64,000 nt of DNA, taken from the NCBI GenBank assembly GCA_964016885.1, contig OZ024752.1:43090001-43154000 (forward strand). The letters run 5' to 3'. Shown piece after piece: positions 31,664 through 44,659 of the stretch. The notes beneath the pieces are model-generated. The model searched no databases. It saw nothing but the letters and a program-made list of their open reading frames with translations, and was not told the DNA's origin. Numbering within the stretch: the stretch's first letter is position 1; the number at the start of each line of letters is the position of its first letter. This DNA comes from Eledone cirrhosa. Taxonomy: Eukaryota. A program made the translations under genes and the position numbers.

Positions 31664-33008
31664 TACATACCTATATACATATATATACAGTCGAACACTA
31701 TAAATAATAGTTCAGAAGATCAAGTAAGAAAATGTGAGCAGGCCGCTACATGATTTAATCAATAGAGTTTGTATAACAATAACAATATTCTCGCGAAATT
31801 GTCTTGAGATTATCTGCATACAATCATTGTGCTTGCAGCAAGTTACTAACAAATGTACTGACTAAGTTACTGAGTTACTACTAAAAAAATGTGTACTAAT
31901 ATCATACTAACATAACCAATTACTAAACTATAAATATGGAAACTTTCGATGGTCTCAGCCCGCCGAGAAAATGAATGAAAGCAGACGATCCAGATATACG
32001 GTTAGTAATCTGTTGCATTCTTATTGCTGTTGAGGTCTAAATAGTGGAGGTTTAACAGTGTTGAGGGTAGTATTACTATTAGCTAACACAGCTTGATTCG
32101 GAATACTGGTTTTATATGGACCCATATACAATATATTTATGTATAATCTAAACTATAATAAAGTAAGGTGAGCGAGACTGCGTACGGTTTATTTCTTTTA
32201 ATCCAGTTAGTAAAATAAGTTGGATTACTTTGAATAAATAATGAATGAATATTACATAAGTTATCTACTAAATTTCGTAGCTGTTGATGATTAAATATAT
32301 TTTATTGTTTATTTAGAGATTCACTTCTTTAAAATTTTCAAATGTAAACACTTCCGGTTAGCGATCGCTTAAATAAACATTCATATATTTCTGTCACTAA
32401 TTTTCTCCTAATGCTGTTTATATATAATATCGTCTTTTTTTAATGTATCATGGATTACGTTACTGATTACATAAGACAGTGTAACGCAGTCTTCGTTCAA
32501 TTCAATTTCTGTGTATATTGTCTATTACGATATTATTTGACATATCATATCTACATCCATATATACCTGCGTATAATATCAATATGCACGCTACACATGC
32601 TAGCAGAAAACCACCCAAAAGGTGGTTTTTCTGCTAGTAAACATAATTGTGATCATGTCACAGCTACCTCAGTAGTGGCGTAAGAGCAATGGATGTATGG
32701 GTTTCACTGTCGTTACAGATCGTCAGCATTCCCTTGCTTATACCCATATGTTGGACTATAGATGGCAATATCTTCTTCGAGGTTTTGTAAACAAGCTATG
32801 CTTTGATGATAACTTATTTACATATACTGCAAATTTGTATTTATTAGTGGCAACACTAACACAGCGTAGTTTGTGAATAATAAACATATATCTAATCTTG
32901 AATCTGAAATACTCAGCGTAAGATAAAACGTGTGTTTATTGTTTGTTGTTTATATATAAAATGAAAGCAGTACCAAGAATTACATACGTATATATATTAT
33001 GATGATGT

Positions 33009-33100
<92 letters not shown>

Positions 33101-33188
33101 AACAGGCTGTCACGTTCCTAACTTCGTAAATAAAGTAAAAATATATATATATATATATATATAAGAAATACTTTAGATTATATATCTA

Positions 33189-33236
<48 letters not shown>

Positions 33237-33421
33237 TATCCCGAGTTCAATCGGGGGTAGCCACAGTAAGTAAGGTACTCAATACATAGCAGAGTATAAA
33301 TATTTAATATAGAAATGGCTTCTACAGGACTAGAACTGTTTCATTCGAGAGAAGTCATCGATGATTTTTCCCGAATGAAACAGTTGTAGTCCTGTAGAGG
33401 CCATTTCTGTATTAAATATAA

Positions 33422-33790
<369 letters not shown>

Positions 33791-33979
33791 CGAAGGAAAT
33801 GTGGTAAGGAACCAGGTGGACCATAACGCACCAAAGTACTCAATACTTGAGGTAGTAGAGTGGGTAATAGGAACCAGTAAGACCCTGACAGGTGAGCTCA
33901 AGCCGTTTCGACGGCTAATTCTGGACCAGAATTAGCCGTCGAAACGGCTTGAGCTCAGCTGTCGGGGTCTTACTGGTTC

Positions 33980-34145
<166 letters not shown>

Positions 34146-34199
34146 GTGTTTTAATAAATATACGTGTATTATAAATTTTATATATTCTTTCTTCTACAG

Positions 34200-34451
34200 A
34201 GTCTTCAGCCAAATGGGGTCCTTGGTCTCCCTGGATTCAGTCCGGCGACAAAGACATCCGCTTCCGGTCTTGCAACGTTACCGTGGCGACAGGAAAGAAC
34301 GCCACAAACGTGACATGTGTTGGAGAACGAGTCGAGACGAGAATGTGCCCAATCACGGAAAAGAAAACCTGTCATTCGAACAGTGGTGAAGAAAAGTCTT
34401 CGATTGTTTATGAATGCAATGGACACGACCCATTGGATATCGATACTAAAT
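34200..34451 (+). CDS. Coding exon 6: thrombospondin type-1-like repeat plus Cys-containing linker
   Basis: cttctacag|AG...AAAT|gtaatt; 252 nt, phase 1-1. KWGPWSPW...RFRSC...[12 protein letters not shown] carries the WxxWxxW and RxRxC motifs but lacks CSxxCG. The donor is less certain than the acceptor. Confidence 0.85.
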
Positions 34452-34569
34452 GTAATTATATATATATATATATATATATTGATTAACAGAACACACTCAC
34501 TGTTTGGTTTGGGTTGGTTCTCGCTTCTGTATCTTTTATATCTCCATAGTTAATTTATCTGGCGATCAA

Positions 34570-34857
34570 TGTTTATTGTTCATTGACCAACGGTTAAAAA
34601 TACAGATATAAATATATATCAAAGGTATATATTGAGTTAGAAACTCAAAATAGTCTCTTACAATTAAATAGCTCAAGAAAAGAGATGTTTCCAGGCCGTA
34701 TAGAATAATTGATTATAAAGAGAGATAAACACAGATGTATACATATATGTGTTCAAATCGTATTTTCTTGATTTATTCTTAAATTGAGTCTGGCAAACCC
34801 TATTGTTCACAGTTAGTATCTTTTTCACCCTAGCGAATCTGGTCCTTTACAATTTGA

Positions 34858-34943
<86 letters not shown>

Positions 34944-34986
34944 ATATATATATGTGTGTGTGTGTTTATCTCTCTTTTATTTTCAG

Positions 34987-35027
<41 letters not shown>

Positions 35028-35783
35028 ATCAAAGTTCTTTCGTCACACATCTGTGACATCACAACAAACTTTGATAGACTGTATATATGTATATATAGGA
35101 AAAAGTATATATATATATATATATATATACAAATGAATATATGAAAGGGATAAACACTGATACAAGTATACATGTGTTTAAATTGTAACTGACCAAGTTA
35201 GCTAGATTGAAAAATACTAATTAAAATTATACGGTTTGCCTGTCTCGATTTAAAATAATAAATCAATAAAAACAAACCTATATTGGCAATAGCCGTGATA
35301 CCTGGACAAATTTAAAATTTGTTTCGCAACAATTAAGTGAAAGTTCCTATTCCTGTGCTCTTCTGCAGGTATCCAGAAATTGGTAAGTTTCACTTCAAAA
35401 TACTTAAGAAGACTGAGAGAAATGTGTTGTTGAACGCACATGTGTCGCAGCGCCTAGCTTGTCTCATACTCGTGCCGCTAAAAATAGCAGCCGGTTTTAT
35501 GGGACTAAAAATTAGCTCACGTATGGAGCCGAGAATATTATATTATATATAGAGTTATAAACTTAAACAGTCTTTTACAATTAAATAGCTCAAAGAAAGA
35601 AATATTCCTGAGCCGTGTAATACAAATGAATATATGATAGGGATAAACACTGATACAAGTATACATGTGTTTGCATTGTAACTGACCAAGCTAGCTAAAT
35701 CATATATTCATTTGTATTACACGGCTCAGAAATATTCCTTTCTTTGAGCTATTTAATTGTAAAAGACTATTTGAGTTTATAAC

Positions 35784-35835
<52 letters not shown>

Positions 35836-35866
35836 ATTTTAACCGTTGGTCAAACAACGATAAACA
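34570..35866. repeat. Cluster of nested inverted-repeat elements (family also at 40525-40690)
   Basis: 34570-34700 is inversely complementary to 35710-35866; internal hairpin 35545-35795; direct copy of part of it at 35130-35205. Confidence 0.6.
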
Positions 35867-35879
35867 TTAGTGGTTCTTT

Positions 35880-36008
35880 AATTTATCGACCCCGTAAGGA
35901 TGAAAGACAAAGTTAACCTCGGTGGGATTTGAACTCAGACTGTAAAGGGATGTAACTCTATGCTGGAAAGCATGGTGTCCGACCCTCTTCCGATACTACC
36001 AATCCACC
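35880..36008 (-). mobile_element. SINE family 1 copy, 3'-truncated, ending 40 nt upstream of exon 7
   Basis: tttatcgaccccgtaaggatgaaag...ggatttgaactcag...ccaatccacc. Confidence 0.8.
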
Positions 36009-36048
36009 ATAACAATAATATATTTGTATTTGTTTTTTGTCTTTCCAG

Positions 36049-36078
36049 TTCCTCAAATGTTTGCCAGTATTAGTGACG
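36049..36078 (+). CDS. Coding exon 7 (30-nt microexon): (F)PQMFASISD
   Basis: ttttttgtctttccag|TT...GACG|gtaagt; near-consensus sites. The phase 1-1 reading keeps the frame into exon 8. Confidence 0.65.
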
Positions 36079-36306
36079 GTAAGTTTATTTTTGTTATTAT
36101 TTTTAATTTGCTGTGTAAGGAGGAATAGTTGAAAATGTTTACATTTGATTCTTGTCACAGCAATGTCTTCCATTATATTCAATTTACTTTAAATCTTCCC
36201 CTATACACTGTGTTCTAGCATAAATATTATATATACATTTATTACACACACATGCATAAGCCTACATACATACATACATACATACATACATACATACATA
36301 CATACA

Positions 36307-36340
<34 letters not shown>

Positions 36341-38384
36341 CCGGGTGGCTGCCAACTCGTTTTCGAGTACGGCCACTACTTTATATCCATGTAGGAGAAC
36401 CCCTACTGATGCGCTGAACGAGTGTGACTTTTTAGTCCAGCCAGCGACTTGAAAACTCTGGTACAAACACTACACTTGTGACAATTATTGACACATAGTG
36501 CTGAGCCCATGGTACCATGTGACGACAAGTGCAGAGAGATCTCCAGATATAAAGCAATGCCTGTGCCGTGAAGCTTTTATAGTGAGCAAAGGCACTGCAC
36601 AAAGCCAGTCCCACTCTCTTAACCAAGATGATATTTACCAAAAAGAAGAACAAGTCAACATCATTGGATACCATCAGGGTTGTAGGTGTTATGTCAGAGT
36701 TTTCCTTCTCCTAGAATACTGCCTTGACAAAGGCTAAGGGGTCATCTCTCCTGGTGATTTTGGATGGCCATTGATTCTTAAGACCTCCTTTGCCCTTTGA
36801 CAGGTTTTGTTTTTAGTCCTGCAGGATGTCCAAAGTCACCCTCCTCACCAAGAAACCTTGGTGGGGTTGCCAGTTTAGTCGCCAACGACCCGACCATGGG
36901 ACAGGTTGTACTGGGATACATGTTACCAGTAGCACCAACTGGTCACCTGACATACATACATACATACATACATACATACACACACACAAATACATACATA
37001 CATACACACATACATACATACATACATACATACACACATACATACATACACACATACATGCACACATACATACATACATACACACATACACACATACATG
37101 CACACATACATACATACACACATACACACATACATACACACATACATACATACATACATACATACATACATACATACATACATACATACATACATACATA
37201 CATACACACGTAATTGATAACTCCTTCTTGGTCTTTCATCTTTATAATTTAATCCGATTTTTTTATCTTCTAAATATTATTTTTTTCTCTTCGTCTTCTC
37301 CTTCGATCCTCTCTCTCTCTCTCCCTATCTCTCCCTCTCTGTCACTCCCTCTCTCTATCACTCCCTCTCTGTCACTCCTTCTCACTTCCCCTCCCCCCTC
37401 CCCAAGTCCCTTGTCAATGCCTGTCTATCAAGCTGTATATACAATTAATACTTTCTCAAGTAGGAGCACGTTACTCTCAAAGTAAACGACGGCAGTCGTT
37501 TTACAGACACGGAAGCCATCAAAGATGCCGTAGTAAGATGTTAAAAGTTGTGAAGATTTGTTGTCACCTAGAATGCATGCCTGTTGGTCTGAAGGGAAAC
37601 CACTTCATTTGAAAATGTTGTCTTCAAGTAAAACGACAGAAATACGAAAAATAAAACCAAATAATAAATAATAATAAATAAACTAAGATGAAATGAAATA
37701 AAATAAAATAAAATAAAATAAAATAAAATAAAATAAAATAAAATAAAATAAAATAAAATAAAATGAAATAAAATGAAATAAAATAAAATGAAATAAAATA
37801 AAATAAAATAAAATAAAATAAAATAAAATAAAATAAAATAAAATGAAATAAAATGAAATAAAATAAAATAAAATAAAATAAAATAAAATTAGAAAAATAA
37901 GAAGTAGAACTCATTTGAGCGCATGACTTATTTCTTAGCAACAGTTTTCACCAGCTGACGATGAATATTGATGCGATGGTTAATTCTATCAGATTGGATG
38001 GAAGGAAGCTGCCGGGAAGATACGGAAGGAGAGGTGTTAATAAAGAAAGGATTATCTCTCTTAAATTACATCAAAATAGATGAAAAAGAGCAAAGAAGAG
38101 TAATTCGTTTTTCGTCTTTCTTTTTTTATATCAAGTAAAGATAGGAAAATGGAAGGATGTCGTCTGGTTTTGATGAAATTCATACGATAGAGAGAAAAAT
38201 TGAAATCAAAGGATGGAACGTACATCACATGATGGTTATTAAAATATCACGAAATTAAAAAGAATTAAGGAATGAAAAGATGAAGAAAATGTAAAATTAA
38301 AAAAATAATAATCTGATCCACTAAAACCGCTTGAGGATATGTTCCAGCATGGCTGCAGTCAAATATAAACAAAAATAAATAAAT

Positions 38385-38565
38385 AATTGTTTCTACTTTT
38401 TGGCACAAGGCCAGCAATTACCCAGTGCATTACTGGTACTTTATTTTATCGACCCCGTAAGGATGAAAGGCAAAGTTAACCTCGGCGGTATTTGAACTCA
38501 GAATGGCAAGGGCCGTAACTCTATGCATCAAAGCATGGCGTCCGACCCTCTACCGATACTGCCAA
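38385..38565 (-). mobile_element. SINE family 1 copy
   Basis: Same consensus as 2733-2956, reverse complement. Confidence 0.8.
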
Positions 38566-38629
38566 TAAATAAATAATAAAATTCAATATATTAACTCTTA
38601 ACAACCTGTAGGGACTTAGCAGAAGATAT

Positions 38630-38664
<35 letters not shown>

Positions 38665-38732
38665 AAAAAGTATGACCCCGACGGCAGAGCTCAAGCCGTT
38701 TCGACGGCTATTTCTGGACTATATATATATAT

Positions 38733-38821
<89 letters not shown>

Positions 38822-38950
38822 CACACAAAGCGAAGTGTGTCCAATGCTTAAAGATGCGAGATTAAATATTATAGTGGAGTTAATATTTAAGGTGAGTTTA
38901 TGTGCAGAGGATATATATATGTGTATATATGTATATATATAGAAATATAT

Positions 38951-39200
<250 letters not shown>

Positions 39201-39528
39201 AGAGAGAGAGATACACGGGCGTGTATGATTGTGCATAGAAGATTATATTAATAAAAGGAATTCCAACTTTGTCTGATTTACTCGTTTTATTTACAATCCT
39301 TTAAAATGTATAATGGTATTAGAATGAAATAGTATGGTAGAATATTAAATGTTAAGTGTTAATTGAACAAGTACTTTCATGCTTTCGCAATCTTCAGGTT
39401 CATATTCTGTGGTGACAGTCAAGTTTGCAATTTTCAACTGTCGAAAATTCAACTGTTGAAAATACAAAGTTTGTTTTATAAATAGTAACATACCCAGGAA
39501 TCAGACCTTAACGGTTCAAGTTCCGTCT

Positions 39529-39586
<58 letters not shown>

Positions 39587-39590
<4 letters not shown>

Positions 39591-39712
39591 CGGGTAAAAT
39601 TCCCGAGATCCATGGATGAGTTCTCTCCAGCGGTCTCTGTCCCTCATTATCGCTGCCATGTCCTGCGTCTTCAACAGACCAGTGTCTGTCCTTAGGGCGT
39701 CAACATACGTTA

Positions 39713-39717
<5 letters not shown>
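39587..39717 (-). mobile_element. 130-bp 3'-terminal fragment of the same younger RTE-like LINE, in (TA)n
   Basis: Near-identical reverse complement of ~56367-56497. Confidence 0.82.
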
Positions 39718-39764
<47 letters not shown>

Positions 39765-39772
<8 letters not shown>

Positions 39773-40225
39773 TAAAAAAATAATGAATAAAACAATGAAA
39801 CAGTTCCTTATATTAAACAAAAAAAGTTCATTATTTAACGATCGTTTCTAGGATATATATGTGTTAGAATTGGCATGCATATTCAACAGATCTATGTACA
39901 AAATTATACAAAATTATACAAACTATCAAAATTAAATATACATACCAACACATATATATGCCGTCTTCAGAAATAATGATACCAACACATATATATGCCG
40001 TCTTCAGAAATAATTATTTCTGAAGACGGCATATATATGTGTTGGTATGTATATTTAATTTTGATAGTTTGTATAATTTTGTATAATTTTGTACATAGAT
40101 CTGTTGAATATGCATGCCAATTCTAACACATATATATCCTAGAAACGATCGTTAAATAATGAACTTTTTTTGTTTAATATAAGGAACTGTTTCATTGTTT
40201 TATTCATTATTTTTTTAATATTTTA
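39765..40225. mobile_element. PLE-like palindromic element (family G); single-arm copy at 22938-23130
   Basis: Inverted arms of about 200 bp around aaataattattt (~40012), with a small internal direct duplication near 39940-40012. Confidence 0.72.
40013..40160 (+). ncRNA. Hammerhead ribozyme, family G, with ~115-nt stem II (related copy at 22990-23125, minus)
   Basis: attattt CTGAAGA [~115 nt, with atatatatgtgttg...taacacatatatat pairing] GAAA CGATCG TT|aaataat. Confidence 0.7.
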
Positions 40226-40354
40226 TCTTGACTCTGTATTCCGTTTATCTTTCACCGAAAGTGATTTTTCATTGCATCTCTTCTTTCCATGATATCCGGA
40301 CATTGAGTTCTTCATACGGATTGGACACTACCGTAAACTCTTGGTAGATTTATC

Positions 40355-40433
<79 letters not shown>

Positions 40434-40893
40434 TTGTCCAAGCACCACGGCCATTGCCAATACAATTTGTTTTTGTTGATTTATTATCTTAAGTCAAGAT
40501 AGGCAAACTGTAATATTATTATTAGTATATTTCAATCTAGCTAACTTGGTCATTTACAATACAAACATGAATATGTTGGTATTTGTGTTTATCAAATATA
40601 TTAATTTATATTAACCTGTATTACACGGCTCAGAAATACTCTTTCTTTGAGCTATTTCATTGTAAAAGACTGCCTGTGATTTGAACTCATTATTATTGAT
40701 TTATATATATATATATATATTTAAAGATAGTAATTTGTAGTAATCTAGTAATTCGTAGATAATCCATTGAGCAGATGAAAACTGTGTAGAACCCCTTTCG
40801 CATGCACTGTACTTATGAAACCAATATTGTATATCTGTAATTGATATTTACGACCGTTTTTTTTTACTTTCTTCTTTTTTTTATCTATTTTAG

Positions 40894-41436
40894 ATGAATG
40901 CTTGTATTCTCTTTACCAAGTGGACACAGCAAAATATAAATTTGTTGATTGGACATATGAGAGATTGCAACAGGAAGGCAAGTTACATCAGTGGTGTACC
41001 GGTCCTCTCAAATCTCGTGACGACTATCGTCTGAAGCAATACAAACGGCGAGACAACAACATGGTGGCTTTTTACACACCGTTGTATAGCTGCAAACAGA
41101 AACTGGAGAAATTCTGCCGGGAGTCGATGCCACCATGTAAATACCTGGTCAGAGACGCTAAAGGAATGAATACCGATAAAATTCACGTTGAATGTTTGAA
41201 AGAGTTTACTCTGGGAGGCAGCGTTCCCATGGGCATACGAAACCAAAATGGCGCCCTTACGTTCTTGTGTCAGCGGTTTTCGTCCAATACCTTGTATGGA
41301 GATCTTTTCAAAAGGAAAACCGCACATTTTGCTACACTTCACGACAGTTTCAGACGAATTCCGGCATTGTCTATGACCAAACTATCAGCCATTGATAACA
41401 AGGGATGGCCACGAAGTCCATATTTAATTGAGCGAG
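40894..41436 (+). CDS. Coding exon 8: Cys-containing region and N-terminal part of an ENDOD1-like nuclease domain
   Basis: ctattttag|AT...CGAG|gtaatt; 543 nt, phase 1-1, lies within ORF 40902-41516. ECLKEF...LCQRF...FATLHDSFRRIPALS resembles the CQR(Y/F)...FATLYD...RIP start of ENDOD1-type NUC domains. Confidence 0.88.
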
Positions 41437-41508
41437 GTAATTTCTTGTTATTTGCTCTTGATTTACTAAAACCAACTGTCCCCTCAATCTATTTTATTTC
41501 TCATTCTT

Positions 41509-41544
41509 TCTTCTGATGAAGGGCTAGCGTCCGAAACGTTAAGA
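41509..41544 (+). ncRNA. Minimal hammerhead ribozyme, family H, in the last intron (degenerate copy at 14331-14366, minus)
   Basis: tctt CTGATGA a gggc-tagc-gtcc GAAA CG TT|aaga; the AACGTT palindrome is typical of dimer-cleaving PLE hammerheads. Confidence 0.75.
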
Positions 41545-41628
41545 CCCTCTCCCTGCTATATCAAGCGTTAACCTAATATATACCTTCCATATGCTGTAAC
41601 GATTGTGTTGTTATTTCTGTTTACCTTT

Positions 41629-41738
<110 letters not shown>

Positions 41739-41827
41739 TATATATGTGTGTGTGTTGTGTTTTATGTATATATGTCTCTATTTTTTATCAGATTTTCACA
41801 CTATTTTTTTTATATATATATTTCCAG

Positions 41828-42675
41828 CTCTGATCGATAAACAAGCACGTGCCTCCTGGTTCTATATTGTCCAATATCGTAAGAAAGGTCTGGCAGCTCT
41901 GAGTGAACTCGAAGACGAAATACAAAACGATCAATGCGCTGTTGGCAAATACCAGTCTCAACCAAGTGACTACGATTTCACCTCCTCCTATCGTATTGGA
42001 CATCTTCTACCTCCACAAATAGCTGGCCACCACATCGACACAAAGATTGCAGCTTTCGCTTTAACAAACACAGTTCCCATGCATTTGGACTTCTACAAAG
42101 AATGGAGCAAAGTAACTAAAGTAGTAATCAGATATGCTATCGATGTGTGTGGAATTCCTCAAACACATGCAGAAAAAAAAGTGACCGGAAGTACGGAACC
42201 AACGCAGTCTTCATCAACTCCAGTTACCACCATTGCTACACCGTTGGCCACAAAAGCAACCAATTCGGCCAACACCAAGAATATGGGCACTTCCGGTTCG
42301 TTGCCTTCAATGATGTCTGATTCATCAGTAAACGAAGAGAAAGATGAGGGCCCTCAATTATATCTTGTTGCTGGTGCCATTCCCTCGGTGGATCCTGAAG
42401 TCACCATAGGCAACTTGGTTAACGTGCCAAGCCTGATCTGGATGGCAGGATGCTGCGTTCGAGGTAACGATACCAAAGGCTTTGCTGTCTACGGACAAAA
42501 TGCTGCCGGAAGATCTGTCGGAGCGACATCCCTTCCTCAGCTGGAAATGTATTTGTCACAAGAATATACAAAACATACTTCAAGAGCTCATGCATTCAAA
42601 ATAAAGATCTTTCCTGCCTACCAAGGCCAATGTAGTAAGGCAGTGAATGATGACTCACTTAAAATAGCACTTTAA
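41828..42675 (+). CDS. Last coding exon 9: core of a DNA/RNA non-specific endonuclease (His-Me finger, ENDOD1-like) domain with a Ser/Thr-rich insertion
   Basis: tttccag|CT; QSQPSDY...YRIGHLLP...[10 protein letters not shown]...W...LYLVAGAIP...[13 protein letters not shown]; stop TAA at 42673-42675; no C-terminal transmembrane segment. Confidence 0.92.
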
Positions 42676-42833
42676 TTTTTTACATCTTAAACACCTCTAG
42701 AAGTGAAAATTATTCAAATATCTTATTGCAAATTTTTTTAAAAAGCTTATTCTTTACCGTTTTTTCTTTTTTATGTTATTTTTGCGGAAAAAAAAAAAAA
42801 CCTTGCAACATTTTATATTATAATTATAATTAC

Positions 42834-42869
<36 letters not shown>

Positions 42870-42890
42870 TATTATTATTACTATTATTAC

Positions 42891-42941
<51 letters not shown>

Positions 42942-43728
42942 TACTACTATCATCATTACTATTAATGTAATTAATTAACATTACTAATTATTATTAATTG
43001 TCTCATTAACATTTTACTATAATTCTGATGAGTTTTTATTTTATAATTTCTTAACAGATACAAATAAGCAAAACTTTTTCTGAATATAATATTAATTAAT
43101 AAAAGAAGAAAAAAAAAACTAAATTGGAATTTGAATCATTATAACTCCAAATAGTTAAAAATAAAAAAAAGGGGGATTTTTTAATCCTTAATAAATTTTA
43201 ATCAAATTTTTTTTTTAAACTAAATTGTATTGCGGTGTAATAGCAGCTATGAAAGGAAAAGAAAAAAAACATAGATTTTTTTTTTATCGTGTTTGTTTAT
43301 TTTTTAATTGCCAATTTTTAAGAAGACAGACAGTTCTAGTAATGAAAACTCCCAGGAAGAACAGAACTCCAATAGATGTTATAATATTAAATGATAATGT
43401 CAAATAAAACTGAAAAATGAAAAAAAAAACATCAGATATTTTATAATAGAGGCCTACCATAGTTTTACTTGAAGAAAAATCAACCAATTTTTTTTTTTGT
43501 TTTTTTGTTTCTATACACTTACTTAACTGTGATCGTTATAAACACATAGAAACAAACACACACATATATATACACACACACAGACACACAGACACACACA
43601 CATATATATATATATACACACAGACATACATGCACACACACACATGCACACACACACATATATATATATACATTCACACATACACACATACACACATACA
43701 CGCACACACACACACATATATATATGCA

Positions 43729-43795
<67 letters not shown>

Positions 43796-43943
43796 ATATA
43801 TACGTTAAATATCATATGTCTATATATTATATAGGTGTTTCAATTGCTTGCAACAATATGTGCGCCAATATCCTGTTATGTGTGTAAAAGAGTTGTTGTT
43901 CTTCTTGTTGCAGTTGTTGTTGTTGTTATTATTATTATTATTA

Positions 43944-44011
<68 letters not shown>

Positions 44012-44160
44012 GGAGTCTCAGTCATTGATGTTATTGAACTGGAAAGTTCATTCAAATGAACATCAAGCCGCTACCTGCAGCCTCAGGTATTCAGAACGTA
44101 TCGGAAGGTTCTTGCTGTTACCAGCAAGCATGCCTTTTGGAGCGTTCCATATCATTATTA

Positions 44161-44213
<53 letters not shown>

Positions 44214-44229
44214 GTTATTATTATTATTA

Positions 44230-44288
<59 letters not shown>

Positions 44289-44475
44289 GTGACAATATGA
44301 CAATAACAACAAGGATTAGGACACTAGTCTGAATATATCATTGTGGTTATTCCTTATTTCAGAAATTCAGACGAACTGAGAAAGTAATGTGAAGCATATA
44401 TTTAGCTAAAACCTAAATATTAATAACGAGAGAACACGATATTCACGTTTCACAGCCATGTGATGATTCTTTATG

Positions 44476-44645
44476 AGGGTCGGTCGCCATGCTTTGCAAC
44501 AAGGAGTTATGGCCTTTTACGGTCTGAGTTTAAATCCAGCCGAGGTTAACTTTGCCTTTCATCCTTTTATGGGGTTGATAAAATAAAGTACCAGTAATAC
44601 GCTGGAGTAATTGCTGGCCTTGTGTTCAAAGTAGAAACAATTATT
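44476..44645 (+). mobile_element. SINE family 1 copy
   Basis: Same core, and 3' end ggccttgtgttcaaagtagaaacaatt. Confidence 0.78.
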
Positions 44646-44659
44646 ATCTTCTTAAACGT

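Noticed and set aside
32345-32370. ETS-like ACTTCCGG motif, and YY1-like AAAATGGCG motifs near 15031, 45811 and 45857
   Set aside because: Short motifs with no independent evidence of a promoter.
36330-36950. GC-richer intronic block resembling a retroposon 5' region
   Set aside because: No motif or second copy in the window allows classification, and no exon-compatible frame was found.
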